From positions 2,660-66,659 of the forward strand of contig JBQTJX010000003.1 in the NCBI GenBank assembly GCA_052386675.1: DNA of 64,000 bases, given 5' to 3'. Position numbers and translations under genes: made by a program. Positions 47,665 to 56,723 of the stretch are shown in pieces. The stretch is from Betaproteobacteria bacterium. Its GTDB lineage: Bacteria; Pseudomonadota; Gammaproteobacteria; Burkholderiales; SG8-39. The notes below the pieces were generated by a model, which saw nothing but the letters and a program-made list of their open reading frames with translations, was not told where the DNA came from and did no database searches. Position 1 is the first letter of the stretch; every line of letters begins with the position of its first letter.

Positions 47665-50600
47665 TTAGTGAAAGTCCCTTGAGCGCAGGGCGAGGCTGCC
47701 GAACAGCGGCTCGAGCATCCGGCCATGGTCCCGCAGCCGCCGGGCCACCAGGTGAACCACGTCGCCTTCACGTTCGACCACGCCCTCCACCCCGAGCAGG
47801 CGAGCCCCCAGCAGTTCCCGGCGCTGGCGCTCTGCGAGATCGCGCCAGACGATGACGTTGACGCAGCCGGTCTCGTCCTCCAGTGTCACGAAGGTGACCC
47901 CGCTCGCGGTGTCCGGACGCTGCCGGCAGGTGACCAGCCCGGCGGCGAGCGCGCGGCGGCCGTGTGCGACCGCGCGCAGTGCCTCGGCGCTCGCCAGCCC
48001 CGCCGCCTCCAGTTGCGGCCGCAACAAGGCCAGGGGGTGGCGGCCCAGAGTGAGGCCGAGGCTATCGTAGTCGGCGGCGATCGCCTCGGCCTCGCCGGAG
48101 GGCGCGAGCGGCACAGCGGCGTCCTCGCGCGGCGCGGCCATCGCCGGCCGACCCTCGCTTCCAGAGGCGAGCCAGTGCGCGTTGCGGCGGTGCCCCGCCA
48201 GCGGGTGCAGCGCATCGGCCGCTGCCAGGCAAGCCAGGTCCCTGCGGTCCAGGCCTGCGCGCCGCGCCAGTTCGTCCACGGTGGAAAACGGACGCGCCGA
48301 AACGACGCGGCGGCCGGCAACCTCGGCCAACCCGCCGACCATGCGCAATCCGAGACGGACGGCAGGCGCCGCGGGCACTGCGCCCTGCTCCAGCGTGCAG
48401 TCCCAGTCGCTCAGGCAGGCGTCCACCCCGCGTACCTCGACGCCGTGGCGGCGCGCGTCCTGCACCAGCTGCGAAGGCGAGTAAAAGCCCATCGGCTGGC
48501 TGTTGAGGAGCGCGGCGAGGAAAGCCGCCGGGTGGTGGCGCTTCAGCCACGCCGAGACGTAGACCAGCAGCGCGAAGCTCGCCGAATGCGATTCCGGGAA
48601 ACCGTAGTCGCCGAAGCCGAGGATCTGGCGGTAGATCGCGTCGGCGAAGGCCGGCGCATAGCCATTCTGCGCCATGCCCTGCTTCAATCGGGCCTCGAAT
48701 GGCTCCAGGCCGCCCTTCTTCTTCCACGCCGCCATGGAGCGGCGCAGCGCATCGGCCTCGCCGGGGGAGAATCCGGCCGCGACCATCGCCAGCTGCATCA
48801 CCTGCTCCTGGAAGATGGGCACGCCCAGCGTCCTCGACAGCACCGCCTCGACCGCCTTGCTCGGATAGATCACCGGTTCCAGCTTCTGCCGGCGGCGCAG
48901 GTAGGGATGCACCATGCCGCCCTGGATCGGGCCCGGGCGCACGATCGCCACCTCGATCACCAGGTCGTAGAAATTCTCCGGTCGCAGGCGCGGCAACATG
49001 CTCATCTGCGCGCGCGACTCGATCTGGAACACGCCCACGGTATCGGCCTCGCGGATCATGGCGTAGGTGTCCGGGTCCTCCGCGGGCACGCGGCGCATGT
49101 CCTCCAGGCCGATGAAATGCAGCGCCTTGCGGATCGCGGTCAGCATGCCCAGGGCCAGCACGTCCACCTTCAGCAGGCCGAGCGACTCCAGGTCGTCCTT
49201 GTCCCACTGGATCACCGTGCGATCGGCCATGACCGCGTTCTCCACCGGCACCAGCTCCGCCAGCGGTCCGCGCGAAATGACGAAGCCGCCGACGTGCTGC
49301 GACAGGTGGCGCGGGAAGCCGACCAGGTCCCCGGCGAGCGCGAGCAGGCGCTGCACCGCGGTGTCCTCCGGGTCGAGGCCCGCCTCGGCCAGGCGCGCGG
49401 GCAGAACCGCGCGCCCGTCCCACCACGACAGCGTCTTCGCCACGCGCTCCAGCTGCGCGGGCTCGAAGCCGAGCGCCCGGCCCATGTCGCGCAAGGCGCT
49501 CCTGGGCCGGTAGCAGATCACCGTGGCCGCAAGTGCCGCGCGTTCGCGGCCGTATTTCCCGTACACGTACTGGATCACCTCCTCGCGCCGCTCGTGCTCG
49601 AAATCGACGTCAATGTCCGGCGGCTCGTTTCTTTCCTTTGACACGAAGCGCTCGAACAGCATGCTCATGCGCGCCGGATCCACCTCGGTGATGCCCAGGC
49701 AATAGCAGACCGCGGAATTCGCCGCCGAGCCGCGGCCCTGGCACAGGATGCCGAGCGAACGCGCATGACGTACCACGTCGTGCACAGTGAGGAAGAAGGG
49801 CTCGTAGCCAAGCTCCGCGATGAGCGCCAGCTCGTGCCCGACGAGGTCCCGCACCGGTGCCGGCGCGCCGCCGGGGAAACGCCAGGCGAGACCTTCCTGC
49901 GCCAGCTTGCCCAGCCAGCTCGCGGGCGTCTCGCCCGCGGGCACCAGTTCTTCGGGGTACTCGTAGCGCAGCGCATCGAGCGAGAAGGCGCAGCGCGCCG
50001 CGACCGCCAGCGTTTCCGCAAGCAGTTCCGCCGGGTAGATCTGCGCCAGCCGGGCGCGCAGCCGCAGGTGCCGCTCGCCATTCGGGAACAGCGCGTGGCC
50101 GCAGTCCTGCACCGGCTTGCCCACGCGCACCGCGGTGAGCGCGTCCTGCAGCCGGCGGCGCGAACGTGCATGCATGTGCACGTCGCCCGCGGCCACGAGC
50201 GGCAGCCCGCTCGCGCGCGACAACTCCCGCAACCGCGCCAGCTCCACGCGGTCATCCGACCCCGCATGCAGTTCCGCCGCAATCCACGCCCGCCCCCGGA
50301 AATCATTGATGAAATCAGGGACAGACCACGTTTTTCCGTCGGAGAAATCGTGGTCTGTCCCTGTTTCTTTCCCTGCTTCCGGGAGCCAGAGGGCGAGCAG
50401 GCCGCTCCAGGCGACGCGCGCCACGTCTTCCCGCGCAAGCGCGTAGGCGCCCTTCTTCGCGCGCCGGCGGCCGGTGGTGATGAGACCGCAAAGCGCGCCG
50501 TAGGCTCGGCGATCGGGCGCGAGCAGCACCAGCCTGTCGCCCTCCTGCAGCCGGAACTCCGCGCCGATGAGCAGCTTCAGGCCGTGCTGCTTCGCCGCGA

Positions 50601-50766
50601 CGTGCGCGCGCACGATGCCGGCGAGGGAACACTCGTCGGTGAGCGCCAGCGCTGCATAGCCCAGCGCGGCGGCGCGCGCCGCCAGTTCCTCCGGCTGCGA
50701 CGCCCCGCGCAGGAACGAGAAGTTCGACAGGCAGTGCAGCTCGGCATAGTCAGGCAAAGATGCCAT
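47665..50766 (-). CDS. dnaE2: Error-prone DNA polymerase DnaE2 (ImuC)
   Basis: [56 protein letters not shown]-terminal SRDFH. Confidence 0.97.
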   Translation of the reverse strand: MASLPDYAELHCLSNFSFLRGASQPEELAARAAALGYAALALTDECSLAGIVRAHVAAKQHGLKLLIGAEFRLQEGDRLVLLAPDRRAYGALCGLITTGRRRAKKGAYALAREDVARVAWSGLLALWLPEAGKETGTDHDFSDGKTWSVPDFINDFRGRAWIAAELHAGSDDRVELARLRELSRASGLPLVAAGDVHMHARSRRRLQDALTAVRVGKPVQDCGHALFPNGERHLRLRARLAQIYPAELLAETLAVAARCAFSLDALRYEYPEELVPAGETPASWLGKLAQEGLAWRFPGGAPAPVRDLVGHELALIAELGYEPFFLTVHDVVRHARSLGILCQGRGSAANSAVCYCLGITEVDPARMSMLFERFVSKERNEPPDIDVDFEHERREEVIQYVYGKYGRERAALAATVICYRPRSALRDMGRALGFEPAQLERVAKTLSWWDGRAVLPARLAEAGLDPEDTAVQRLLALAGDLVGFPRHLSQHVGGFVISRGPLAELVPVENAVMADRTVIQWDKDDLESLGLLKVDVLALGMLTAIRKALHFIGLEDMRRVPAEDPDTYAMIREADTVGVFQIESRAQMSMLPRLRPENFYDLVIEVAIVRPGPIQGGMVHPYLRRRQKLEPVIYPSKAVEAVLSRTLGVPIFQEQVMQLAMVAAGFSPGEADALRRSMAAWKKKGGLEPFEARLKQGMAQNGYAPAFADAIYRQILGFGDYGFPESHSASFALLVYVSAWLKRHHPAAFLAALLNSQPMGFYSPSQLVQDARRHGVEVRGVDACLSDWDCTLEQGAVPAAPAVRLGLRMVGGLAEVAGRRVVSARPFSTVDELARRAGLDRRDLACLAAADALHPLAGHRRNAHWLASGSEGRPAMAAPREDAAVPLAPSGEAEAIAADYDSLGLTLGRHPLALLRPQLEAAGLASAEALRAVAHGRRALAAGLVTCRQRPDTASGVTFVTLEDETGCVNVIVWRDLAERQRRELLGARLLGVEGVVEREGDVVHLVARRLRDHGRMLEPLFGSLALRSRDFH
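50311..50367. repeat. 57-bp REP-like palindromic element, copy 2, in frame within dnaE2
   Basis: Arms CAGGGACAGACCACG/CGTGGTCTGTCCCTG (50316-50363); encodes [19 protein letters not shown] (DnaE2 residues 134-152). Confidence 0.9.
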
Positions 50767-51979
50767 GCACCCGCCAGCCTTCCGCGTCCCGGTACACCCA
50801 GACGAGGGAACCCCGTGCCCGCGCGACGAAGTAATCGCGGCGCACCTCTCTCCCGTCCCACCATCCTGACTCGATCCGCTCAGGCCCGGCGAGCAACTCG
50901 AGGCCGCCTTCCTCGACCCCTTTCAGCGCGCGCGGCGGCTCGACCAGCCACAGCGGGCGCGCGCCGGGTCCCGGCGCCTCCCTTACCCCGCGCGTTCCGG
51001 CCTCGACCGGCTTCCAGGCGAACTCCGGGCGGTGCTCGGCGTGCAGTCCCAGGCCATGGACCGCACCACGGCCAAAGCGGGCCTGCAGGCGCTCGACCAG
51101 GCGCAGCCAGTCTTCTCCGCCGCCCTCCTCCCCGAACAAGCCACGGCTGTGCCCGTCGAGCGGCACAATGTCCGCCGCCGACAGCCGCACCGCCTCGGCC
51201 AACGCCACGAGTGGCCGGCGCTCCAGCCGCTCGCGCAGCAGGTGCGCGAAATGCCCCGCATCCCGCGCCGGCGCGGCCAGGCCGACCTCGACCGTGGTGG
51301 CCGATGCCTTCGCATGGAACAGCTCCAGGGTGAAGCGGCGCACGCCGCTGTGGCGCGCCGCGAGGAAACCCTCCAGCCCGGTGAGCAGGCGCCGGGCCGC
51401 AAACAGCACGGCGGCCGCCTCGAACACCGGCACCGGCAGTTCCAGCCGCGCCTCGAAACGCGCCGGCGGAACGTAGAGCCGCCGCGGTTCCGGGATGCGT
51501 CCCAGCGCTTGGTCGAGTTCGTCCACCAGCGCCTGGCCGAAGCGCCGCGCCACGCCCTCACGCGGCAGCGCTAGCAGTCCGCCCAGGTCCCGGATGCCCA
51601 GCCCCTGCAGCAGCTTCAGCCGGTCTGCCGGAAGGCCGAGTACCGCGACCGGCAACTGTTCAAGAGGTAATCCGCCGCCCGCCGCCCGCCAGAGCGCCGC
51701 GCGCGCGGTGTGTGCGAAGGCGAGCACGCCTTCGAAGCCCAGCTGAGCGAGGCCGGTGCGGATCCCGCGCGCGAGTTTCCCCGCGCCGCCGTACAGGCGC
51801 AGGCTGCCCGCGACCTCGGCTGTCAGGCCCCCGGGCGGCTCAAGCGACACCTTGGGGGTGTAGCGCCCCATCCAGGCCGCGATCGCTTCGAGCGCCTCGC
51901 GCCCGGCTTCAGGCGGCGCATGCCCGCGTGCGAGCGCCTGCGACTCGATCCCAGGCAGGTGCAGGGCTACCCACAGCAT
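50750..51979 (-). CDS. imuB: ImuB (Y-family polymerase-like accessory protein)
   Basis: [28 protein letters not shown]-terminal [13 protein letters not shown]...RDYF; sits between imuA and dnaE2. Confidence 0.92.
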   Translation of the reverse strand: MLWVALHLPGIESQALARGHAPPEAGREALEAIAAWMGRYTPKVSLEPPGGLTAEVAGSLRLYGGAGKLARGIRTGLAQLGFEGVLAFAHTARAALWRAAGGGLPLEQLPVAVLGLPADRLKLLQGLGIRDLGGLLALPREGVARRFGQALVDELDQALGRIPEPRRLYVPPARFEARLELPVPVFEAAAVLFAARRLLTGLEGFLAARHSGVRRFTLELFHAKASATTVEVGLAAPARDAGHFAHLLRERLERRPLVALAEAVRLSAADIVPLDGHSRGLFGEEGGGEDWLRLVERLQARFGRGAVHGLGLHAEHRPEFAWKPVEAGTRGVREAPGPGARPLWLVEPPRALKGVEEGGLELLAGPERIESGWWDGREVRRDYFVARARGSLVWVYRDAEGWRVHGIFA

Positions 51980-52607
51980 GGATCGGCCTTCCGATGTGGA
52001 AATGCAGCGGTGCGCGCGCAGGCGCGCCACGGCGCTTGAGGACATGGACGAGGACCTGCCCCCCGGCTGGTTCCAGGGCGAGGCGCAGGCGCGCCGGCGA
52101 GGCTTCCTCCGCCGCGGCCAGCGGACGAAACAGCACGACGAACGCCGGCCCGCCCTCGGCGGCCACCGCCAGCCGGCGCAGTTCCGGATAGCCCGGGCGC
52201 TGCGGCCAGGCCAGCAGAGCGTGGAAGGCGCGCGAGCGCAACGCCTGCTCGGCGGCCCACAGCGCATCGCGCCGCCCCGGCGCGCGCACCACGGTGAGGT
52301 ACTCCAGCGCCACGCCCGCCGCAGCGAGCGCCGGGGCGTAAGGCAGATGCGGCGGCGCCAGCCAGGCCACACGCTGACCAGCGGCGGTCAGCCGGGCGAG
52401 CGCTGGCAGCACCAGCTGCAGCTCACCGATGCCCTCGGTTCCGGATAGAACCTCGCTCAGCGCCCCGGTGGGCCAGCCGCCGCCGGGCAACTCGCAATCG
52501 AGAGACGGGAGACCGGTGGCGATGGCAGGCGCGCCCGCGGTCGGTGCGGCGCCACGCCAGAGGTCCTGTCGCCGGAGAAGGGGTACGAGGGAATCGAGGG
52601 GCATCAT
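51909..52607 (-). CDS. imuA: ImuA (RecA/SulA-like translesion accessory protein)
   Basis: DLWRG, TGLPSLDCELPGGGWPTGALSE, GIGELQL, EQALRS, ASPARLRL; ATG 52607 or 52604. Confidence 0.92.
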   Translation of the reverse strand: MMPLDSLVPLLRRQDLWRGAAPTAGAPAIATGLPSLDCELPGGGWPTGALSEVLSGTEGIGELQLVLPALARLTAAGQRVAWLAPPHLPYAPALAAAGVALEYLTVVRAPGRRDALWAAEQALRSRAFHALLAWPQRPGYPELRRLAVAAEGGPAFVVLFRPLAAAEEASPARLRLALEPAGGQVLVHVLKRRGAPARAPLHFHIGRPIHAVGSPAPAWDRVAGARTRACAA

Positions 52608-52612
52608 GGATA

Positions 52613-52628
52613 CTGTATATAAACACAG
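52613..52628 (-). promoter_or_regulatory. Canonical LexA box of imuA-imuB-dnaE2
   Basis: CTGTATATAAACACAG matches CTGT-N8-ACAG, 5 bp upstream of the imuA ATG. Confidence 0.93.
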
Positions 52629-52663
52629 TCTCCGGGCCCGGGCAAGCCCCGCCCTCGCTTTTG

Positions 52664-54163
52664 CTACTTCTTCTTCAGCTGCTTGACCTGCGCCATGTAG
52701 GCGGAGAGGAAATCTCGCCCGAACACCTTGTTGAAGTCGTCGTTCGCGTCGCGCGCCAGCTTCTGCTGGTAGGTGGCGAACAGCCCCCACAGCTTGGCCT
52801 TGCGGTTCAGGCCCAGGCCGCCGGAGGACTTCTCCAGGTCCTCTTCCAGCTTCTTCGGATCGAAGCGCGCCACCGCTCCCAGGATCGCGGCGCGCATCCC
52901 GGCGATCAGGGCGGCTTCATGCGCGCGCATGTCGTCGAAGGCGTCGCTCACCGCCTGCACCGGGGTGAGGAAGCCGCCGGAGCGCTCCTTCGGATCGAAC
53001 AGGAAATCGATCGCCTCCTGCGGGTCGGCCATCAGCTTGAGCGGGTTGTTGTCGCGCGAGGCGACCATGGTGCGGTCCTCGGCGCGGAATTCCTTCTTCG
53101 CCTCGGCGCGCGCCACCAGCAGCGCCATGACGCCGTCGATGGCGGCGCGCGTGATGGCGCCGCACTGGCGCAGATACTGCTCCGCCTCGGCGTCGCTGGC
53201 GAAACTGCGCGGCGGCAGCCCGGCGCCCTCGAGGAAGACCCGCAACGCCTCCTGCGCACCCGGCCCGGCTGCCCCGCCCTCGGGCTGCGGAAAGGTCGTC
53301 TCCGCAGGTCGAGTGCGCAGCAGCGTCTGCTCCAGGAACACGCTGCGGTCCTCGTACGGCACTTCCGGTTCCGCGGGCGAAGGCTTCGGCAAGTCGTCGC
53401 CTTTGGCTGGTTCGTCAAAAAAGCCGTCTTCCGGCGGCGGCAGGTTGCGCAGCAGCGTCACTTCCTTGAACACGCTGTCCTCGACGGATTCCTCCGCGGG
53501 CCCGGATCCCTCTTTCCGTCCGTCCATGGACTTGCCCATGTAGGTCGGCTCTTCGAACATGTCCGCCGGCGGCGGCGCACCGGTATAGGTCGCCTCGGCA
53601 AACACGCTGTCGTCCGTCGCTGGCGCCTTGGGTGCCTGCTCGGGCATCGGTTGCGTCACGGCCGCCGGCTGCGATTCCGGCTCCGGCGCCGGTTCGGGAT
53701 CAAGCAGTATGTCGGGCACCTCCGGCACCGGCTGGCCGATGAAGGTCGGCTCCGCGATCGGTGACCGGGTGATGAACGTCGGTTCCTCAAGCGGGGACCG
53801 GGTAATGAAGGTCGGCTCGGATGCGTCGGCGAGCGGCGGCGGCGGCGCTGGCGGCACCAGCTCGATTTCGTATTCGCCGATCTCGACCCGATCGCCGCCG
53901 CGCAACTGCACCCGGCTGCCCGGATCGTGCCGCTGTCCCGCGACGAACACCGGGTTGACCTTGGACACCACGTTCAGCCAGTACTCTCCGTCCTCGACGT
54001 TCAGCTCCGCGTGCACCCGCGATACCCACTTCTTGGGATCCTCGAGGTGCAGCAGGCACTCCGTGCCGCGGCCAATGGTGATGCGCGCATTGTCGAACGC
54101 GCGTTCGCGCAGCAGCGTCGGGCTGGCGCTGCCCTTCTGGTACAGCTTCAGCGCGAGAGTCAT
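52664..54163 (-). CDS. T6SS-associated FHA domain protein (TagH/Fha-like)
   Basis: FHA TIGRG...VSRVHA; Pro/Glu-rich linker; TagH C-terminal NNPLKL...DMRAHEAALIAGMRAA...FGRDFLSAY. Confidence 0.9.
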   Translation of the reverse strand: MTLALKLYQKGSASPTLLRERAFDNARITIGRGTECLLHLEDPKKWVSRVHAELNVEDGEYWLNVVSKVNPVFVAGQRHDPGSRVQLRGGDRVEIGEYEIELVPPAPPPPLADASEPTFITRSPLEEPTFITRSPIAEPTFIGQPVPEVPDILLDPEPAPEPESQPAAVTQPMPEQAPKAPATDDSVFAEATYTGAPPPADMFEEPTYMGKSMDGRKEGSGPAEESVEDSVFKEVTLLRNLPPPEDGFFDEPAKGDDLPKPSPAEPEVPYEDRSVFLEQTLLRTRPAETTFPQPEGGAAGPGAQEALRVFLEGAGLPPRSFASDAEAEQYLRQCGAITRAAIDGVMALLVARAEAKKEFRAEDRTMVASRDNNPLKLMADPQEAIDFLFDPKERSGGFLTPVQAVSDAFDDMRAHEAALIAGMRAAILGAVARFDPKKLEEDLEKSSGGLGLNRKAKLWGLFATYQQKLARDANDDFNKVFGRDFLSAYMAQVKQLKKK

Positions 54164-54768
54164 GATGCTGCCGCGACCTGGATGGGTTTGCCGGTAAGCA
54201 TGGTGCAGTATTGCTCGATGTCCGGGAGCCCTTCAATCGTGAACTGCATCCCGGAAGCCACTTCGGAGGTCTCGCTGGACCAGGCGCTGCAGGGTTTCAA
54301 CCGTGCTGCGGAGGGCGCAGCGCGGTCGATCCGGCAATCCGGGAGCGGGAGCGCGGCGATGGAATCGTCGAAGGCGCTGATCTCGATCGCCGGCGACAGC
54401 GCCTCGGTGCCGAGCATCTCCGCCATGGCGAACCAACTGCCCATCGCCGCCAGCGCTGCATCCGGGTCGAGCGATCCGGCCTCGAGGCCGCAGACCAGCG
54501 TGAGCGGGTAGTAGCGGCCAACCGAATCCACGCTCGGCACCATGACGCCGCACCATGCGCGCGGCGAGAGCACGCCGGGGGCGAGGACGAAGCGCCAGGC
54601 CGGCGCCGACAGGAAGCTTTCCTGCCAGCGCTCGCGCAAGCGCTCGCGGCTGCCGGCGAGGACCGCGAGCAGCCATTGCTCCCAGGGCGCGGCGAATGCC
54701 GGCTCCACCCTGCGCGAAAGGAAATCCCCGCTCGAGGGCAGCTTGCCGGTCCAGCCGCAGCGAGCCAT
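54160..54768 (-). CDS. tagF: T6SS-associated TagF/ImpM
   Basis: GWTGKLPSSGDF, APAWRFVL, GVMVPSVDSVGRYYPL. Confidence 0.9.
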   Translation of the reverse strand: MARCGWTGKLPSSGDFLSRRVEPAFAAPWEQWLLAVLAGSRERLRERWQESFLSAPAWRFVLAPGVLSPRAWCGVMVPSVDSVGRYYPLTLVCGLEAGSLDPDAALAAMGSWFAMAEMLGTEALSPAIEISAFDDSIAALPLPDCRIDRAAPSAARLKPCSAWSSETSEVASGMQFTIEGLPDIEQYCTMLTGKPIQVAAAS

Positions 54769-54776
54769 GGGCGCGT

Positions 54777-56723
54777 TCACGAGGCCTTCCCGGCCGCGAG
54801 CCGCGCGCGCGCATCGCGCACCAGCGCTTCGTTGTACGGATGCGGGATGTCGGCGCGCGCTTCCTGCAGCCCGGCGTGGAGGTGGCTGCGCAACTCGGCG
54901 CGGCGCGCCTCGGGCACCTGCCACAGGTCGGACACTGCCGCGTCCAGCGCCGCGGCATCCGGTGCTTTCGGGTCATGGAGCGCAAGGTAGGCCTTGAGCG
55001 CGGCTTCCAGCGCCTCGCGGCCGCGCGCGGCACGCACCGCGTCCTCCAGGGTGACCGCGACGCGCGCCAGCAGGCCGTCGCGCAGCGCCGTCCGGTAGGC
55101 GCGTTGCGCCTGGGAACCCAGCTTCTCGCCCTGGTACAGGCCAAAGCGCAGGGTCGCGGGCACTGGCGATTCGCGCTCGACGTAGCCGCCGGGCAGGTCG
55201 CGCAGCGTGTTGAGCGCATCGAGCAGGCGCAGTTCCCCGTTGCCGGGCACGGCCTCGGCCAATTGCTGCTTCGCCTGTGCCGCCTTCCTGGCGCTCTCAG
55301 CGACGATGGCACGATTGCCCTGGAAGCTTACGGTCCAGGCCACGGCGACCGCCACGGACAGCGCCACGAGCGCCACCTGGGCCACGGGTCGCCACGACCG
55401 GCGCCTGCCGTCGTCCTCGGCCAGCCCCTGCTCCGGGAAAATGACTTCGCGCAGAAGGCGGTTGAGGAAAAAGCTCTTGCCGGTGCTTCCCGTCTGTTCA
55501 GCGGCCGCCCGCTCCAGGCCGAAGCTGCGCGCCAGCGCGCCGAGCACGCGGTCGATCGGATTGCCTTCCTGGGTGCCACTCGTGTAGTAGACCCCGCGCA
55601 ACATGGTGGAGACGTGGTTCTGTTGCTGCGAGAAGGCGAGGCCGATGAATTCGCCCACCAGCGGCCCCAGGGCGTGGAACTGCTGCGGGAAACGGTAGAT
55701 GGCCGCGCGGCGCTGCAGGTCGCGCTCATCCTGAAGGCGTTCGACGAGCACTGCGTTGAGGCGCTGCTCCAGTTCCCTGAACTCCGCGGCATAGCGTTGC
55801 GCCAGGGTATCGGCGACAGGCTCCGAACCGGACTGGAAGGTCGTGCCCCAGACGCGGGCACGGCCTGCGGCGTCGAGTTCGCCGAAAAACTCCATGAACC
55901 CGGCCAGCAGGTCGGACTTCGTCACCAGGACGTACACCGGGAAGCGCGATCCCAGCCGTGCGTACAGCTCCGCCAGCCGCATGCGCACGTGGCCGGCGTA
56001 TCGGATGCGCTCCTTTTCGTTCCACAGCATCAGGTCGGAGACGCTGACGGTGACGATGGCGCCATTGAGCGGGCGCTCCGGACGGAACTGCTTCAGCAGG
56101 CCGAGGAAACCGTACCAGGCCGCGGCATCCGCCTTGCGATCGCTCTCCTGCGTGGTGTAGCGGCCGGCCGTGTCGAGCAGCACGGCATCCTCGGTGAACC
56201 ACCAGTCGCAGTTGCGAGTGCCGCCGACACCCTGGACCGAGGGCGCGCCCTGGTTACCATCGAGCGGGAAGCGCAGTCCGGAATTGACCAGCGCCGTGGT
56301 CTTTCCCGAGCCAGGCGCGCCGATGAACATGTACCAGGGCAACTCATGCAGGCGCCGGCGCTCGCCTTCCGGCCCTGTGAAGCGTGCCTCGCGCAACACT
56401 TCCGAAGCCGCGACGAAACGCGCACGCAATGTTTCCAGTTCCGCCGTGGCGCGCGCCGCGGAATCGCCCTCGGCGCCCGCAACCGCGATTGCTTCCAGCA
56501 TCCGGGCGGTTTCCAGACGCGCATTGTGAACGCGCCACGTCTCCCAGCCCAGCCAGGCCACTGCCGCAGCGGCGATCAGGCCGATGCGCTGCGCCGGCAG
56601 GTCGAGCGGCCGCCACTCGCCCAGGGCGATGGCATCCCCGGCGAACCAGACCACGGCCGCGAACGCGAGCCAGGCAGCGGCGCCGAGCGTCCAGCGATTG
56701 GCGAAGCGGCCGAGTCCTTTCAT
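54777..56723 (-). CDS. tssM: Short TssM/IcmF-like membrane protein (C-terminally truncated)
   Basis: LPWYMFIGAPGSGKTT, GGTRNCDWWF, DTAGRY, RFPVYVLVTKSDLLAGF, LRGVYYTSGTQEG, SFFL, LGLY-like FGLYQG; only 648 aa. Confidence 0.85.
   Translation of the reverse strand: MKGLGRFANRWTLGAAAWLAFAAVVWFAGDAIALGEWRPLDLPAQRIGLIAAAAVAWLGWETWRVHNARLETARMLEAIAVAGAEGDSAARATAELETLRARFVAASEVLREARFTGPEGERRRLHELPWYMFIGAPGSGKTTALVNSGLRFPLDGNQGAPSVQGVGGTRNCDWWFTEDAVLLDTAGRYTTQESDRKADAAAWYGFLGLLKQFRPERPLNGAIVTVSVSDLMLWNEKERIRYAGHVRMRLAELYARLGSRFPVYVLVTKSDLLAGFMEFFGELDAAGRARVWGTTFQSGSEPVADTLAQRYAAEFRELEQRLNAVLVERLQDERDLQRRAAIYRFPQQFHALGPLVGEFIGLAFSQQQNHVSTMLRGVYYTSGTQEGNPIDRVLGALARSFGLERAAAEQTGSTGKSFFLNRLLREVIFPEQGLAEDDGRRRSWRPVAQVALVALSVAVAVAWTVSFQGNRAIVAESARKAAQAKQQLAEAVPGNGELRLLDALNTLRDLPGGYVERESPVPATLRFGLYQGEKLGSQAQRAYRTALRDGLLARVAVTLEDAVRAARGREALEAALKAYLALHDPKAPDAAALDAAVSDLWQVPEARRAELRSHLHAGLQEARADIPHPYNEALVRDARARLAAGKAS

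Noticed and set aside
38671-50367. Treating the repeated palindromes as IS/transposon ends or a CRISPR array
   Set aside because: No transposase, target duplication, regular spacers or cas genes; copies are isolated and 11-24 kb apart
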